NCBI GenBank assembly: GCA_965603825.1
Contig: CBFDEM010000020.1
Coordinates: 62,001-126,000 of the forward strand
Length of the DNA: 64,000 bases
Direction: 5' to 3'
Source: Blepharisma stoltei ATCC 30299
Taxonomy: Eukaryota; Protista; Ciliophora
The position numbers and the translations under genes are program-made. Every line of letters starts with the position of its first letter. The first letter of the stretch is position 1. Shown in pieces: positions 37,095 to 47,184 of this stretch. The notes beneath the pieces were generated by a model, which did not search any database, had not been told where the DNA came from, and saw nothing but the letters and a program-made list of their open reading frames with translations.

Positions 37095-37895
37095 TTATTT
37101 TTTAATCACCGAATTTGAAGATATATAAAATTCGCTTTGATCAAAAATAATTAAAGGATTTGTCACTTCAAAAGAAAAGCTATTTTTCGATTTTAAGCAA
37201 CTAGACCCAATACCAATAATTTTATTGTGATTCACATAGCTTGACCTTGGTCTGCTTCTTATTTTATGAAATTTATTCACAGTCTTTTCTTCACGGTTTG
37301 TAGAAGGTGAATCAGCTATATAAATTTTTTTAAGCAACTCATTAGTAAAAGGCGTATTTCCAGGCTTATCATTAAATATAAGTGGAACAGCTGGTTGCTT
37401 TAATTCTTGGTAATGTCTTAGAAGCTCAGTATTTTTTATTTGAAAAGTTTCGTCTAGTGACTGATTTTGTGTTGTTTGAAAAAAATTCAAACATTGGTCT
37501 TTGTATTGGGAATTTGAATGCCTCGATAAGAGTCTTCTAGATTTCAAAGAAGAGCTTAAAGGACAAATTCCAGCGTCAAATGAAACTGATGCTGGTGATT
37601 TATCCATTGAGAAACTGCTGTTTGCAATTTTATTGCTAGGAGAAGTACTAGGAGATGCAGCTGCATACAAATAGGTCAAAAGGCGAGAATGAGCCGGGCG
37701 CTTTGGGGTGTGCACACTGTTTGTCCTGACAGGGAGGTTTGTGTCTGTTTTGTTGCTCTTTGATTTCTTGAAGACTTGTAAAACAGGATGTCTTGATTTA
37801 GAAACATTAAATAGTTTTTTCCTTTCTTCTCTATAAGAGAAGTTATCTATATCTCTATAAGAAATCGCGCTTTTTGACAGAACTTTTTTACTCAT
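37095..37895 (-). CDS. Hypothetical basic Ser-rich low-complexity protein
   Basis: 266-aa ORF from ATG to TAA filling the space between neighbours. Confidence 0.65.
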   Translation of the reverse strand: MSKKVLSKSAISYRDIDNFSYREERKKLFNVSKSRHPVLQVFKKSKSNKTDTNLPVRTNSVHTPKRPAHSRLLTYLYAAASPSTSPSNKIANSSFSMDKSPASVSFDAGICPLSSSLKSRRLLSRHSNSQYKDQCLNFFQTTQNQSLDETFQIKNTELLRHYQELKQPAVPLIFNDKPGNTPFTNELLKKIYIADSPSTNREEKTVNKFHKIRSRPRSSYVNHNKIIGIGSSCLKSKNSFSFEVTNPLIIFDQSEFYISSNSVIKK

Positions 37896-37932
37896 AACTT
37901 TGTATCACTAACTTATAAACACCCATATTAAT

Positions 37933-38841
37933 TTAATTGATATTAAGGAAAGCTTCCCTCAGCCATGCATGATTTAACGCATCTTTGACGCTGAATCTCT
38001 GCTGTGGGTCGACTACAAGGAGATTTGATATAAAATCAAATGCAAGAGAACTTATTTCGTTTTTTCTTTTCTTGTATCTGCCATCTATAATTTTCTTTGA
38101 AATTTCTGGCTGTCTGTTCCCATCAAATGGTAAAACTCCATGAAGTAAATAATAAGCAACCACCCCTGCAGCCCAAGAGTCACTTTTCGTCCCAAAATTC
38201 CCATCAAAAATTTCAGGCGACACAAAATGTTGCATTCCATTATACTGACTAATTTTTCTTTTATTATGTGGCTTTATGATTTCTGCTCTGGTAAAATCCA
38301 CAATCTTAACTTGGTTATCCACCAGCTTTATATTGTCCAGGTTGATTTTTAAATGTGCATATTCTTTGCTATGCAAGTAATCAAGTGCTTGCAAGACTTG
38401 TTTAATAATCCTTGCAGCTTCATCTTCTTTTAATTTATTTCTTTCCCTTATGATATCTAAAAGTCCATAGTCTTCACAATCCTCCATTACAATGTGGAAG
38501 ACATTTTCGTCTTCAAAAACTTCGAATATTTTCACTATATTGGGATGATCTAGAATACTGAGAACATTAATTTCGTTTTTGAGCAAAACCATGTTTTCTT
38601 CTGGGTTCTTTTTGTATACGCTTCTTATAGAAACTTTTTGGGCTGAGTTGAGCTTTGAGATGGCTTTTCTTATGACGCCGAGGTCTGAAGGGATTGTCTG
38701 GCCTGTAAAACTGTAAAATTCTTCGATTTTTGTGTCAGTGTTGGTGCGGACTCCAAGCACTGAGCTAATTAATTCTTCATTATGAATTGTTTCTAATTCA
38801 GTTGTCCGGTCTGAGATACAAGCACTTGCACAAAGTCCCAT
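37933..38841 (-). CDS. CAMK/CDPK-like kinase-fold protein, probable pseudokinase with N-acylation motif
   Basis: LDHPNIVKIFEVFED, HFVSPE, KSDSWAAGV, AFDFISNLL..RFSVKDALNHAW. N-terminus MGLCASAC. Catalytic motifs are altered. Confidence 0.88.
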   Translation of the reverse strand: MGLCASACISDRTTELETIHNEELISSVLGVRTNTDTKIEEFYSFTGQTIPSDLGVIRKAISKLNSAQKVSIRSVYKKNPEENMVLLKNEINVLSILDHPNIVKIFEVFEDENVFHIVMEDCEDYGLLDIIRERNKLKEDEAARIIKQVLQALDYLHSKEYAHLKINLDNIKLVDNQVKIVDFTRAEIIKPHNKRKISQYNGMQHFVSPEIFDGNFGTKSDSWAAGVVAYYLLHGVLPFDGNRQPEISKKIIDGRYKKRKNEISSLAFDFISNLLVVDPQQRFSVKDALNHAWLREAFLNIN

Positions 38842-38892
38842 TAATAAATATTCAGATTATTTATAACTTTTTTTTATACATAATTTATTTTA

Positions 38893-39270
38893 TTAAATCC
38901 AAGCTTCCTTAGAAATCCGTGTCTTTGGGACTGTCTTGCTCCTTATCAAAACCCTCTCAGTTTTCTGTGAGTCAGAAATAATCCTCACTATGATATCTTC
39001 TTTTTGGCTTATCACCATCCTTAAATGCTGATTTTTCTCCTTCATACAATTAATTACAAAATTTGCCTGTGAAATTTCTTGCTCTTTAAGCAAAATCTTA
39101 TAGTTCAAGTCTTTCTTCAATGCTAACAGATCAGTAATTTGGCTTAAAAATGCTCTTTCGGTTGCAGTATTGGCGTCTTTTCCTGGGGATTTATTTTCTC
39201 ATCTGTTCCTAGCGGCGTCTTCAAAGAACTTCCCTTTGGTGTGGAAGTTTACAAGCTCTTTTTTCCTCAT
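38893..39270 (-). CDS. Small coiled-coil protein, 125 aa
   Basis: ATG at 39270 is in frame with ORF 38893..39120 through one TGA. Confidence 0.7.
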
Positions 39271-39309
39271 AATTAAATGCTATAATAACACAATTAATTA
39301 TAAACAAAA

Positions 39310-40392
39310 CTAATTGACCTCAGTGGCAGCTTCGTAGGCTACTGGACTGATATTCTTAATATCTCTTATCATAATTCTGAAGTAATACCTATATTTAGAC
39401 GACATAGAAGGATCCTTTGTCCTTAAATTCTTTTCAATAGACAAAGCCAACTCCTGAGCTTTTTCTATTGTGAACTTATTATTTTCTAGGACTTTAGCGA
39501 TTTTACAACAAACTCGTCTTCTCAAGCACTTGTCGGCGATGTAAGAATCATCAGAGACTGGCTTGAAAACTTTTCCACATCCTTCTAATCCCAAGCTCCC
39601 TTGTTCACGAATTTTTTTCCAATATTCCCTTAGCCTTAAAGCAACCTCAGCAAGTTCTTTGAGCACATCGCAATTACTTTTCTGACATAAATTAGCTAAG
39701 AGCTTAACTATTTTTTTAATTGGATTTTTCGCTAAAAGTTTGGCATTTATGTCAAGTTCTATTAATTCATAAAGACTCTCACAAATTTCGGTAACTTTGT
39801 CTTTTTCGTCACTAATTTCTTCAGTGAATTCTGATAACAATTTTTCATGTCTTGCTAAAATATTTGTAGTCTTTCTTGATTTTGTCTTGATTTGAAGTTC
39901 GCTGATTTTATGAATCTTTTCTTCAATTAGCCTTTTTAGCTGCTCAAGTTTAAAATTAGGCTCTTTCGGCTGGGCTAGAGCATCGGCATTTAATATGACT
40001 TCTTTTGGCCTATGTTTTTTCTTAATCAAAGCTTCATTAATACTTGAAAGATTAGAAACGTTTAAGATTCCGTCATAAAGCTGTTTTGCAATTCCAATAC
40101 ATGTCAATAATCATTTATTGCCTGGAGCTCTGCCTTTTAATTTAGAATGCTGGGTATAATAAGTATCAAATTCATTTATATATTTAGATGGCAAAGAAGC
40201 GCTGCCTAGAGTTTACTGTGTATTCTCTCCTATGAAATTGATTGTATACTGTATATCTTCATTTGAACGCAGCTGGCTAGTCTTTCCAACCTTGCTGATC
40301 TAAGTAAAAATTACTACTCCTGGCCATCATGGGTATCCTCGTATTTTTGCCCATACTAGTTGGTCTTCTTCATAGACCATGCCTTCAGTCAT
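39310..40392 (-). CDS. PWWP-domain protein with TFIIS-like helical C-terminal region, two 15-nt introns, about 350 aa
   Basis: LVWAKIRGYPW(TGA)WPGV|I and FIGENTH|ASL after splicing. The C-terminal LALSIE..KYRYYFR resembles the TFIIS central domain. Ends at TAG. Confidence 0.85.
40202..40216 (-). other. 15-nt intron (PWWP gene, intron 2)
   Basis: GTAAACTCTAGGCAG; removal deletes an in-frame TAA and restores FIGENTHA. Confidence 0.85.
40300..40314 (-). other. 15-nt intron (PWWP gene, intron 1)
   Basis: GTAATTTTTACTTAG; in-frame TAG directly after the PWWP motif. Confidence 0.88.
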
Positions 40393-40433
40393 TTTTCTAA
40401 TTAATTTTAGCCATACTTAATTTTAGATGTTAT

Positions 40434-41375
40434 TTAGATTATCCAGTCTCTAGGAGTGATTAGTACACTCATCAATCTCTCTTCAGCAGACCCAGGAGCT
40501 AGTGTGTGCTTGTATTCCCATCTCGCAGACAATGGGCAAGGCATCAGTATTGCTTCAATATTCGCATCAGGTGTAACCAAGCCAAACTTTGTCCCTCTAT
40601 CATAAACTAAATTAAACTCCACATAGTGGCCTCTTCGTATTTTTTGCCATCTTCTTTGGTCCTTATTATAAGGCTCATTCATATGCTTTTTTACTATTTC
40701 TGGGTAACTTCTTACAAAAGCATCACCACATTTTGATACAAACTCTCTCAATGTTTCTTTATCGAGACAATCTAAATCATCAAAGAAAATTCCGCCTATT
40801 CCACGTCTAAATCCACGATGGGCGATATTAAAATAATTATCGCATTCAATTTTGAATTGTGGGTAAAAGTCAGGACTGGCAAAATCACAGGCATTTTTAT
40901 GCTCAGTGTGGAATAAAACACAGTCAGCTTCATCTAAATAATAAGGAGTTAAATCAGAACCTCCTGCAAACCACCAGACTTGTGCTTCACCATTTAAAGT
41001 CACTTCTAAGTATCTGTAATTAGCATGGACAGTAGGACAGTGAGGGTTTCTTGGGTGTATAACTAAGCTGCAACTAGCTGCATATATTAAATAATCAGCA
41101 ACCCTTGATAAATCAATATTTTTCCCTCTTTCTGTAATATATTTCGCTAGGTTCAGTGATAAAGGAATTTCTAATTCAGTGAAGTTTATGCCACCTTTTT
41201 CGAAGACTCTTCCATTTTGTATTACGTTGGCTTGGCCATGACCATTGTGGTCATGCCGCTCCCAGCTGTCATGAACAAATGGAGAGCCTTCGATGATTTC
41301 TAACGATTCTGTGATCTTTTTTTGGATTTCTTGGATTGTTTCTTTAGCTTTTGCCCTAAATGAGGTATCTGCCAT
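40434..41375 (-). CDS. CPOX: Oxygen-dependent coproporphyrinogen III oxidase
   Basis: VFEKGGINF, SLVIHPRNPHCPTVHANYRY, WWFAGGSDLTP, RGIGGIFFDDL, RRGHYVEFNLVYDRGTKFGL. Confidence 0.97.
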   Translation of the reverse strand: MADTSFRAKAKETIQEIQKKITESLEIIEGSPFVHDSWERHDHNGHGQANVIQNGRVFEKGGINFTELEIPLSLNLAKYITERGKNIDLSRVADYLIYAASCSLVIHPRNPHCPTVHANYRYLEVTLNGEAQVWWFAGGSDLTPYYLDEADCVLFHTEHKNACDFASPDFYPQFKIECDNYFNIAHRGFRRGIGGIFFDDLDCLDKETLREFVSKCGDAFVRSYPEIVKKHMNEPYNKDQRRWQKIRRGHYVEFNLVYDRGTKFGLVTPDANIEAILMPCPLSARWEYKHTLAPGSAEERLMSVLITPRDWII

Positions 41376-41529
41376 TTATTAAGATATGGAGCTAGTAACG
41401 TAGGATAATTTAAAAAATAAATTTTTTAGTCAATAGTTTAGCTATTAGGAATTCTTTTTTCTAAAAACATAGTGAAAATAAAATATTACTAGTATTATTT
41501 TCAAACTTTTGTGGAAGAATATAATCCTA

Positions 41530-41945
41530 TTAAATTGTTGTAGCACTGATAATGTGATCGTGAATCGATACAATTTGATCCACTCTATCAAGTTTAATGT
41601 CAGCTTCGTTGAGCAAAGCTTCAATTTGGTCTTTTGTTCTTTCTTTTCCATTTAAAAGCAGCAAACAAAAGAATATCAGCCATTCTTCAGCCATAATAAT
41701 GCTTGCCACTTAACCTATGCTCTTCCTCTAAAGCCCTTCTACAATTTTTAGTATTTTTTTGAGTTTTCATCATCCCAGTCATGCAAAATATGCTTCATAA
41801 ATATGCAGCCAAAGCCTTAAGAGGTATTATTTAAAAAGTTTCCTGAAATTACATTAAATTTTTCTTGTAAATTATGGTCTGTCAAATTTTTCTGCTTTGC
41901 ATTTGGTTTTTTCAAGCTCAAAAACAGCCCCTGATATATGAGTTC
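41530..41945 (-). pseudogene. Decayed SAM-dependent O-methyltransferase (COMT/Methyltransf_2-like) C-terminal fragment
   Basis: Motifs appear in order across shifting frames: HISGAVFEL, VISGNFL..*GFGCIFMKHILHDWDDENS, KNCRRALEE, ADILLFAAF, NGKERTKDQIEALLNEADIKL. There are about three frameshifts, one TAA and no recognisable N-terminus. Confidence 0.8.
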
Positions 41946-42181
41946 ATCACCTTCCTTTTTAATTGTATTTTGATTTAAAAACAATGCTAGATCTAGCTGT
42001 CTAGTCTTATGATAAAATGGTAATTATGAAATGGAGAGTCTTGAAATTTAAATTAATAATTAATTTTCCAAAAAAAATAAATATTTTAAAATAACTTTAT
42101 ATATATATAAAAAGTTAATTAATACTGTTTATAGTAATTTTTTAACAATATTTAATAAGTTTAAAAAGAATTACACTAATC

Positions 42182-42799
42182 ATGGAAGAAGGCCAAAATT
42201 TTGATGAAAAAATTCCTGATATCTTAGGAGAAATAGAAAGACACAAAGGCACAAATAAAGCTATGGAAATCAGACTCCAATTAAAAAATCAAGAAATTGA
42301 TCAGCTTCAAAAATTTATTGAATCAAGCCAGCACCATCTAAGCCTCCAGCTCCACCTAATGAAATTAAATTCAAAAACCATGCTAATTGACCCTTCTATG
42401 AATTCTGAAATAAATTCAATCAGAGCTCTAAAACAAGTTAAAAAAGCCGAACTTTCAGCTCAAGAATCTTTAAATGCTGAATTGACTAACAAGCAGTTCA
42501 TGAAAGGTGGAAAACACCAACAAAAATGACAGCAGCTATATGAAGAAATTTACTGTGGGTTTAAAAATTATGCTGAAGGAAGGCTGCAAGATGCCCATCT
42601 CCAGCTTCAGCTTGAAGGGTTGAAATCTCAAGAGATGAAACAGAGGATTGATGAAAATAAAGAACTTACTGAATCGTTAGAAAAAGAAGCAGTGGATCTG
42701 CAAGGAAAAGTAAATGAATTGCAGAACAGCTATAAAAAGAGCTTAGACCATTTAGAAGCTTTGAAACAAGAGAGCTCAAAAGTGAAGAGGAGTGGATAA
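42182..42799 (+). CDS. Coiled-coil protein, 205 aa
   Basis: ORF 42182..42529 continues through TGA to TAA at 42797-42799. Confidence 0.78.
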
Positions 42800-42903
42800 A
42801 TATTTAATAATTACTGGGATAAAAGTTTTATAAAAATTATAACTATTTTACTATTAAAGCACATAAATAAGCATAGATTAATTTTAAATGCCACTCATGT
42901 ATA

Positions 42904-44076
42904 TTAACACTGACTTTTAATTATTCTTATTTCATCTTTCCGCTTGTTATCAATCTCCTCCGTGATTTTCTTGATTTCTTCATCCATCGATATTTTCATC
43001 TGTTCTATAATTTTTGCAAATAATGGTCCTTGTCCTTCTAAATCTTGTATTTGTGCTTGATATTTTACTTTTATATCTGTCACAAGTCTGCTTTTTTCGC
43101 TATAGCTTCTTTCCATAATTTCCATGATTTTTTCTTCAAGCTCTTCTATATCTGGCAATGGGGAAAATTTAGAAAAGCCTCCTGATCTGTCGCTTTCTTG
43201 GTGTCTTGGGCTAGGAGACGATGGCAATTCTTGCTCATTTTCATATAATTCGCTGAAATCAAAATTAAACACCGTTGAGCTTCGGCTTCTGCATGACAAA
43301 GTTTGTGAAGCATCCATTGACATGCTTAATTTCTTTTGTTTTCTTTGAGCCAGCCGCTCTTCTAAGCTGCTTTCCATCGATTTTAAATCTCCTCCAGCTC
43401 TTTTTGTTACTTTTTTTACACGTGTGTCGTTATTTTCAACAATTCTTTCTAAATTTCTAGCAGCTTTTGGGTTGCTTCTAATGATTTTTCGCGATAACTC
43501 TTGGGGAGCTATATTTTTTTCTTCTTCTTTTGGCTTAAAAGCTTTTAATTCTCCTCCATAGCGTGTTCTTGACCTATTTCTCGGTGAAGTAGGAGCTGAT
43601 CTGATTAAGTCTTCTTCATATAAGTTTATATGTTGCTTTACAGGTTTTATTTCTTGCTCAGGTGGCATTACAACTTTTATTGAAAGTCCCTCAGTAGATT
43701 CTGCAGCTGGTTTTTCTATACTGGCTGATACTTCACTTGGGATTTCTACTGGCTTTTCTTCATACCGAACCAGTTTTTTTCCCTCCTTTGGAGCTGCTTT
43801 AGTCCTTCTCCTCTTGTGGTCTTCATTCATAAGCTTCAAAATTTCTGGTCTCATTAGTGTCTTGTGCATTCTATCCTGAAAATCGTAAAATCTAGGATCG
43901 TTTATGTGTTCAAAATATTCAATTATTTCACTATAAAACTGGATTAGCCTTTGTAAGTTTTCCAATGTACATTCTGTTTCGAGGTCGATTTCTTTGTCGA
44001 GAAGCCTGGCTGCGTAGTCTTCAGGCAGTTGAGGAATATTTTTAAGCTTGGATTGATTTCTTAAAGTTTTTTGCAT
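42904..44076 (-). CDS. Hypothetical protein with charged helical N- and C-terminal regions
   Basis: Uninterrupted 390-aa ORF. Confidence 0.82.
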   Translation of the reverse strand: MQKTLRNQSKLKNIPQLPEDYAARLLDKEIDLETECTLENLQRLIQFYSEIIEYFEHINDPRFYDFQDRMHKTLMRPEILKLMNEDHKRRRTKAAPKEGKKLVRYEEKPVEIPSEVSASIEKPAAESTEGLSIKVVMPPEQEIKPVKQHINLYEEDLIRSAPTSPRNRSRTRYGGELKAFKPKEEEKNIAPQELSRKIIRSNPKAARNLERIVENNDTRVKKVTKRAGGDLKSMESSLEERLAQRKQKKLSMSMDASQTLSCRSRSSTVFNFDFSELYENEQELPSSPSPRHQESDRSGGFSKFSPLPDIEELEEKIMEIMERSYSEKSRLVTDIKVKYQAQIQDLEGQGPLFAKIIEQMKISMDEEIKKITEEIDNKRKDEIRIIKSQC

Positions 44077-44209
44077 TTTTCAATGAAATCCAGCTATTTG
44101 TTATAATTAATAAGGTATCTAATATTATAGCTAATTACAATTAAAGTAGACTTTTAGTTATAATTAGTCGGCATAGCAAGAAGCTTTTTGAGATTAAACA
44201 TGCATTAAA

Positions 44210-44380
44210 TTATGAGCGGCCGCTTGCTTTAAGTTTCCTTATTTCTTCTCTTAGGTGCATTACTTTTGCTTCTAAGTTCTGGACTTTATTAGACAAAAAT
44301 TCGTTTTCTTCTCGATCTCTTTTGGCTTCACGCTCCATTTCTTCCAGTTTTTTAGATAACTTTCCTCTTTGGTCTGACAT
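44210..44380 (-). CDS. 56-aa leucine-zipper/coiled-coil microprotein
   Basis: TAAATG start. MSDQRGKLSKKLEEMEREAKRDREENEFLSNKVQNLEAKVMHLREEIRKLKASGRS*, with Leu every 7 residues. Below the ORF-track cutoff. Confidence 0.6.
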   Translation of the reverse strand: MSDQRGKLSKKLEEMEREAKRDREENEFLSNKVQNLEAKVMHLREEIRKLKASGRS

Positions 44381-44580
44381 TTATAATTTATTACCTTCTC
44401 AACAGTTAATATAATGATCCAATAAAAACATTCTTAAATAATAAAAAACTCATAAAGCCAATAGAATACTTCTTATTATCAAATACTATACAACCTTCCT
44501 CAACTCTGCACTAAATTCTTCATAATCCCTCAATAATATTCATTACACCAATATTTATTATCTCCATATTCTAAATAAAA

Positions 44581-45798
44581 ATGCTTGCCAAAGCCATAAG
44601 AAGACTTCAACCTCTCCAACGTTGGGTCAGAACTGGAGAAGCCACTGCTTATGAAGAAACAGAACGTGACTTCCTCCCTCCTGACGTCTTCTACAAGCAG
44701 CTTAGCGAGCGAGGCTTTGACTTCTTTACTGGCGTCCCTGATTCACTGCTCAAAGATTTCTGTGGCTTTGTCTCTGACAACCATGCACCAGAGAAGCATG
44801 TTATCACTGCCAACGAAGGCACAGCAATCGCCGTTGCAGCAGGCTACCACATGGCAACCCGTCGTTTCCCATTAGTCTACTTACAAAACTCAGGCATCGG
44901 AAACACAATTAACCCTTTACTCAGTCTGGTCGACCCTAGGGTCTATAAAATCCCAATGCTCCTGCTTATTGGCTGGAGAGGAGAGCCAGGGAAAAAAGAC
45001 GAGCCTCAGCATTTAGTCCAAGGAAAAGTGATGAGCAGCTTGTTAACTGACGTCGGAATTACCTATGAAGTATTGCCAGACTTCGAAGAAGGTGCTGCAG
45101 CTGCACTTGACTTAGCCCTTTATCATCTTAGAACGAGAGGAGCGCCTTATGCATTTTTGGTCAGACGTCAATGCTTTTTGAAATATGATATAAAAAATAG
45201 CGTAAACAGCCCATATCCTATGAACAGAGAAATGGCTATTGACTATTTGACTGATAAGCTTGGCAAGTTTGATGCTGTAGTGGCTACTACAGGGTTCCCA
45301 TCAAGAGAACTATATGAACTGAGGATTAAAAAAGGCCAAAGCACACAGCAGGATTTCTATTGCGTAGGGTCTATGGGACATGCATCAAGCATTGCGATGG
45401 GAATTGCATTGGCCAAGCCTTCGAAAAATGTGTTTTGCTTTGATGGGGATGGAGCTTTTCTTATGCATATGGGAGCTGCAGCACAGGTAGGGAGCAGAAA
45501 TATTCATAATTTCAAACACATTTTATTGAACAATGGATCACACGACTCTGTAGGAGGACAGCCGACCGTAGGTTTCAATGTGAATTTCTTGGAAATTGCA
45601 AAGGCATGCGGATATAAGCATTCAGTAAGTGTAAGCACCAAAGAGGAGCTAGACCAAGCATACCCAATTTTTGCGAATAGTGAAGGACCTTCTTTTATGG
45701 AGATTAAATTGACAAGAAAAACAAGAAAAGATTTAGGAAGACCAAAAGGAGAGCCTAGAGACAACAAAGAGCTGTTTATGAATTTCTTGGATCAATAA
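44581..45798 (+). CDS. aepY: Phosphonopyruvate decarboxylase (ThDP-dependent) with presequence-like N-terminus
   Basis: FFTGVPDSLLKDFC, ANEGTAIAVAAGYH, YLQNSGIGNTINPL, GWRGEPGKKDEPQH, VGSMGHASSIA, DGDGAFLMHMG, NNGSHDSVGGQPT, LGRP. Confidence 0.95.
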   Translation: MLAKAIRRLQPLQRWVRTGEATAYEETERDFLPPDVFYKQLSERGFDFFTGVPDSLLKDFCGFVSDNHAPEKHVITANEGTAIAVAAGYHMATRRFPLVYLQNSGIGNTINPLLSLVDPRVYKIPMLLLIGWRGEPGKKDEPQHLVQGKVMSSLLTDVGITYEVLPDFEEGAAAALDLALYHLRTRGAPYAFLVRRQCFLKYDIKNSVNSPYPMNREMAIDYLTDKLGKFDAVVATTGFPSRELYELRIKKGQSTQQDFYCVGSMGHASSIAMGIALAKPSKNVFCFDGDGAFLMHMGAAAQVGSRNIHNFKHILLNNGSHDSVGGQPTVGFNVNFLEIAKACGYKHSVSVSTKEELDQAYPIFANSEGPSFMEIKLTRKTRKDLGRPKGEPRDNKELFMNFLDQ

Positions 45799-46342
45799 AT
45801 AATTATTTTCAAATTAGATTTTTTGTGATAATTTATATTATTGGCAATTGAATCTTATAGATCCTTCAGTGTTTATTTGATAATATTAGGTAAAATATAA
45901 TATTAATTTTTTTTATCCTCTTAATAATAGTTAAGTCCTGAAAAGTAGGATTGTTAGGCTTCCAAGCAGATCCAATAGTGGCAAAGAGCCTGTAGCTGTT
46001 TTACCTGACATAACTATTATCGAATTCAAGTTAAAAATATAAAAACAAAAAATTTGGCACAGCATTTTACAATGGCTTAAAAAGCATATTTGTTTGCACG
46101 AAGCATTATCAGTCCAAAAAAAGAAGATCTATTATCAATCCTAATTATGGGTTTATGAAGCAAAAAGAGGATTATAATAAAATAAAGATGAACAGATTTA
46201 AATTATTATGCATTTTCCACAAAATAATTCATAAGCTATCATGAGTCATAATAAATAGCCAATCACTATATATGGAAGATGTTTCAAATAACAAAACAAA
46301 TTAAAAATATTTAAATTGAGCATAATTAAAGGAATGAAGAAC

Positions 46343-46957
46343 TTATCTATATCTTCTAAGTGATAGGGTGTTTCTCCTCTTCCAATTCGCATGTTTACTA
46401 ACTCTAGCCTTGTTTGCTTTATGTCCCTTCTTTCTAAGTCCTCTATGTTTCCTTCCAATGCTTGTAAGTCCTCTCAATTCTCTATGTTTCATGACAGGCT
46501 TGCAAATCCAATTAATCTTAGGATCTCCTCTAATAGCTTTGTGCATAGGGTCTACCAAAATGACTTCATAGAACTTATAAGTGGAATCTTCAGCAACCCA
46601 ATAGCTATTTAATACTCTTAAGCCACCACAAATTTTTCCAACTCTTTCTTCAGCGACACTTTTTAGTGATCTATAGAATTTTCTCTGGAGAACACCTTGG
46701 TTGGCTGGTTTTCCATAAATCTGTCCTTTGACTCCTAATTTTCGTCTATTTCCTCTGCGGACACGGACTCTCCAGATCACGTAGCCTTGTTTTGATCTGT
46801 AGCCAACACGGCGTGCTTTGTCTGGGCGGGATGGTCTGGTGACTCTATGGATTGCTTTGTGCTGTCTGTATTCCCAGGAACGAACACGGAGAAGGAAACG
46901 CATAACGTCGCTTTGCTTTTTCCTCCAGAGCTCTTCGAGATACTTGTAAGCTCCCAT
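46343..46957 (-). CDS. RPL15: 60S ribosomal protein L15 (eL15)
   Basis: [26 protein letters not shown]..., [17 protein letters not shown]; 204 aa. Confidence 0.99.
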   Translation of the reverse strand: MGAYKYLEELWRKKQSDVMRFLLRVRSWEYRQHKAIHRVTRPSRPDKARRVGYRSKQGYVIWRVRVRRGNRRKLGVKGQIYGKPANQGVLQRKFYRSLKSVAEERVGKICGGLRVLNSYWVAEDSTYKFYEVILVDPMHKAIRGDPKINWICKPVMKHRELRGLTSIGRKHRGLRKKGHKANKARVSKHANWKRRNTLSLRRYR

Positions 46958-47184
46958 TTTTTATTATAAGCCACAGCTGCAAGAAAGCCAAGAAAACGAA
47001 GGCAAAATATTTAATTTAAAAAGAATTCTTCAGAAACTAGCTTGGCTTTTTTGCGAATAAGATTGCATTTATTTGTAAATAAATTTTTTTCAATCGAAAC
47101 TACTATAAATTTTGATTGAAAATTATGTTTAGATGCTTAAGAGGATTTTCTTATAAAAATTGCAGTATTGCAAATGGTAATATA

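Noticed and set aside
41445-41651. 68-aa minus-strand ORF
   Set aside because: It is the wrong frame of the O-methyltransferase pseudogene.
45930-46140. Moderately GC-rich patch between the decarboxylase and RPL15 (possible snoRNA or relic)
   Set aside because: I found no convincing box motifs, fold or ORF by eye.
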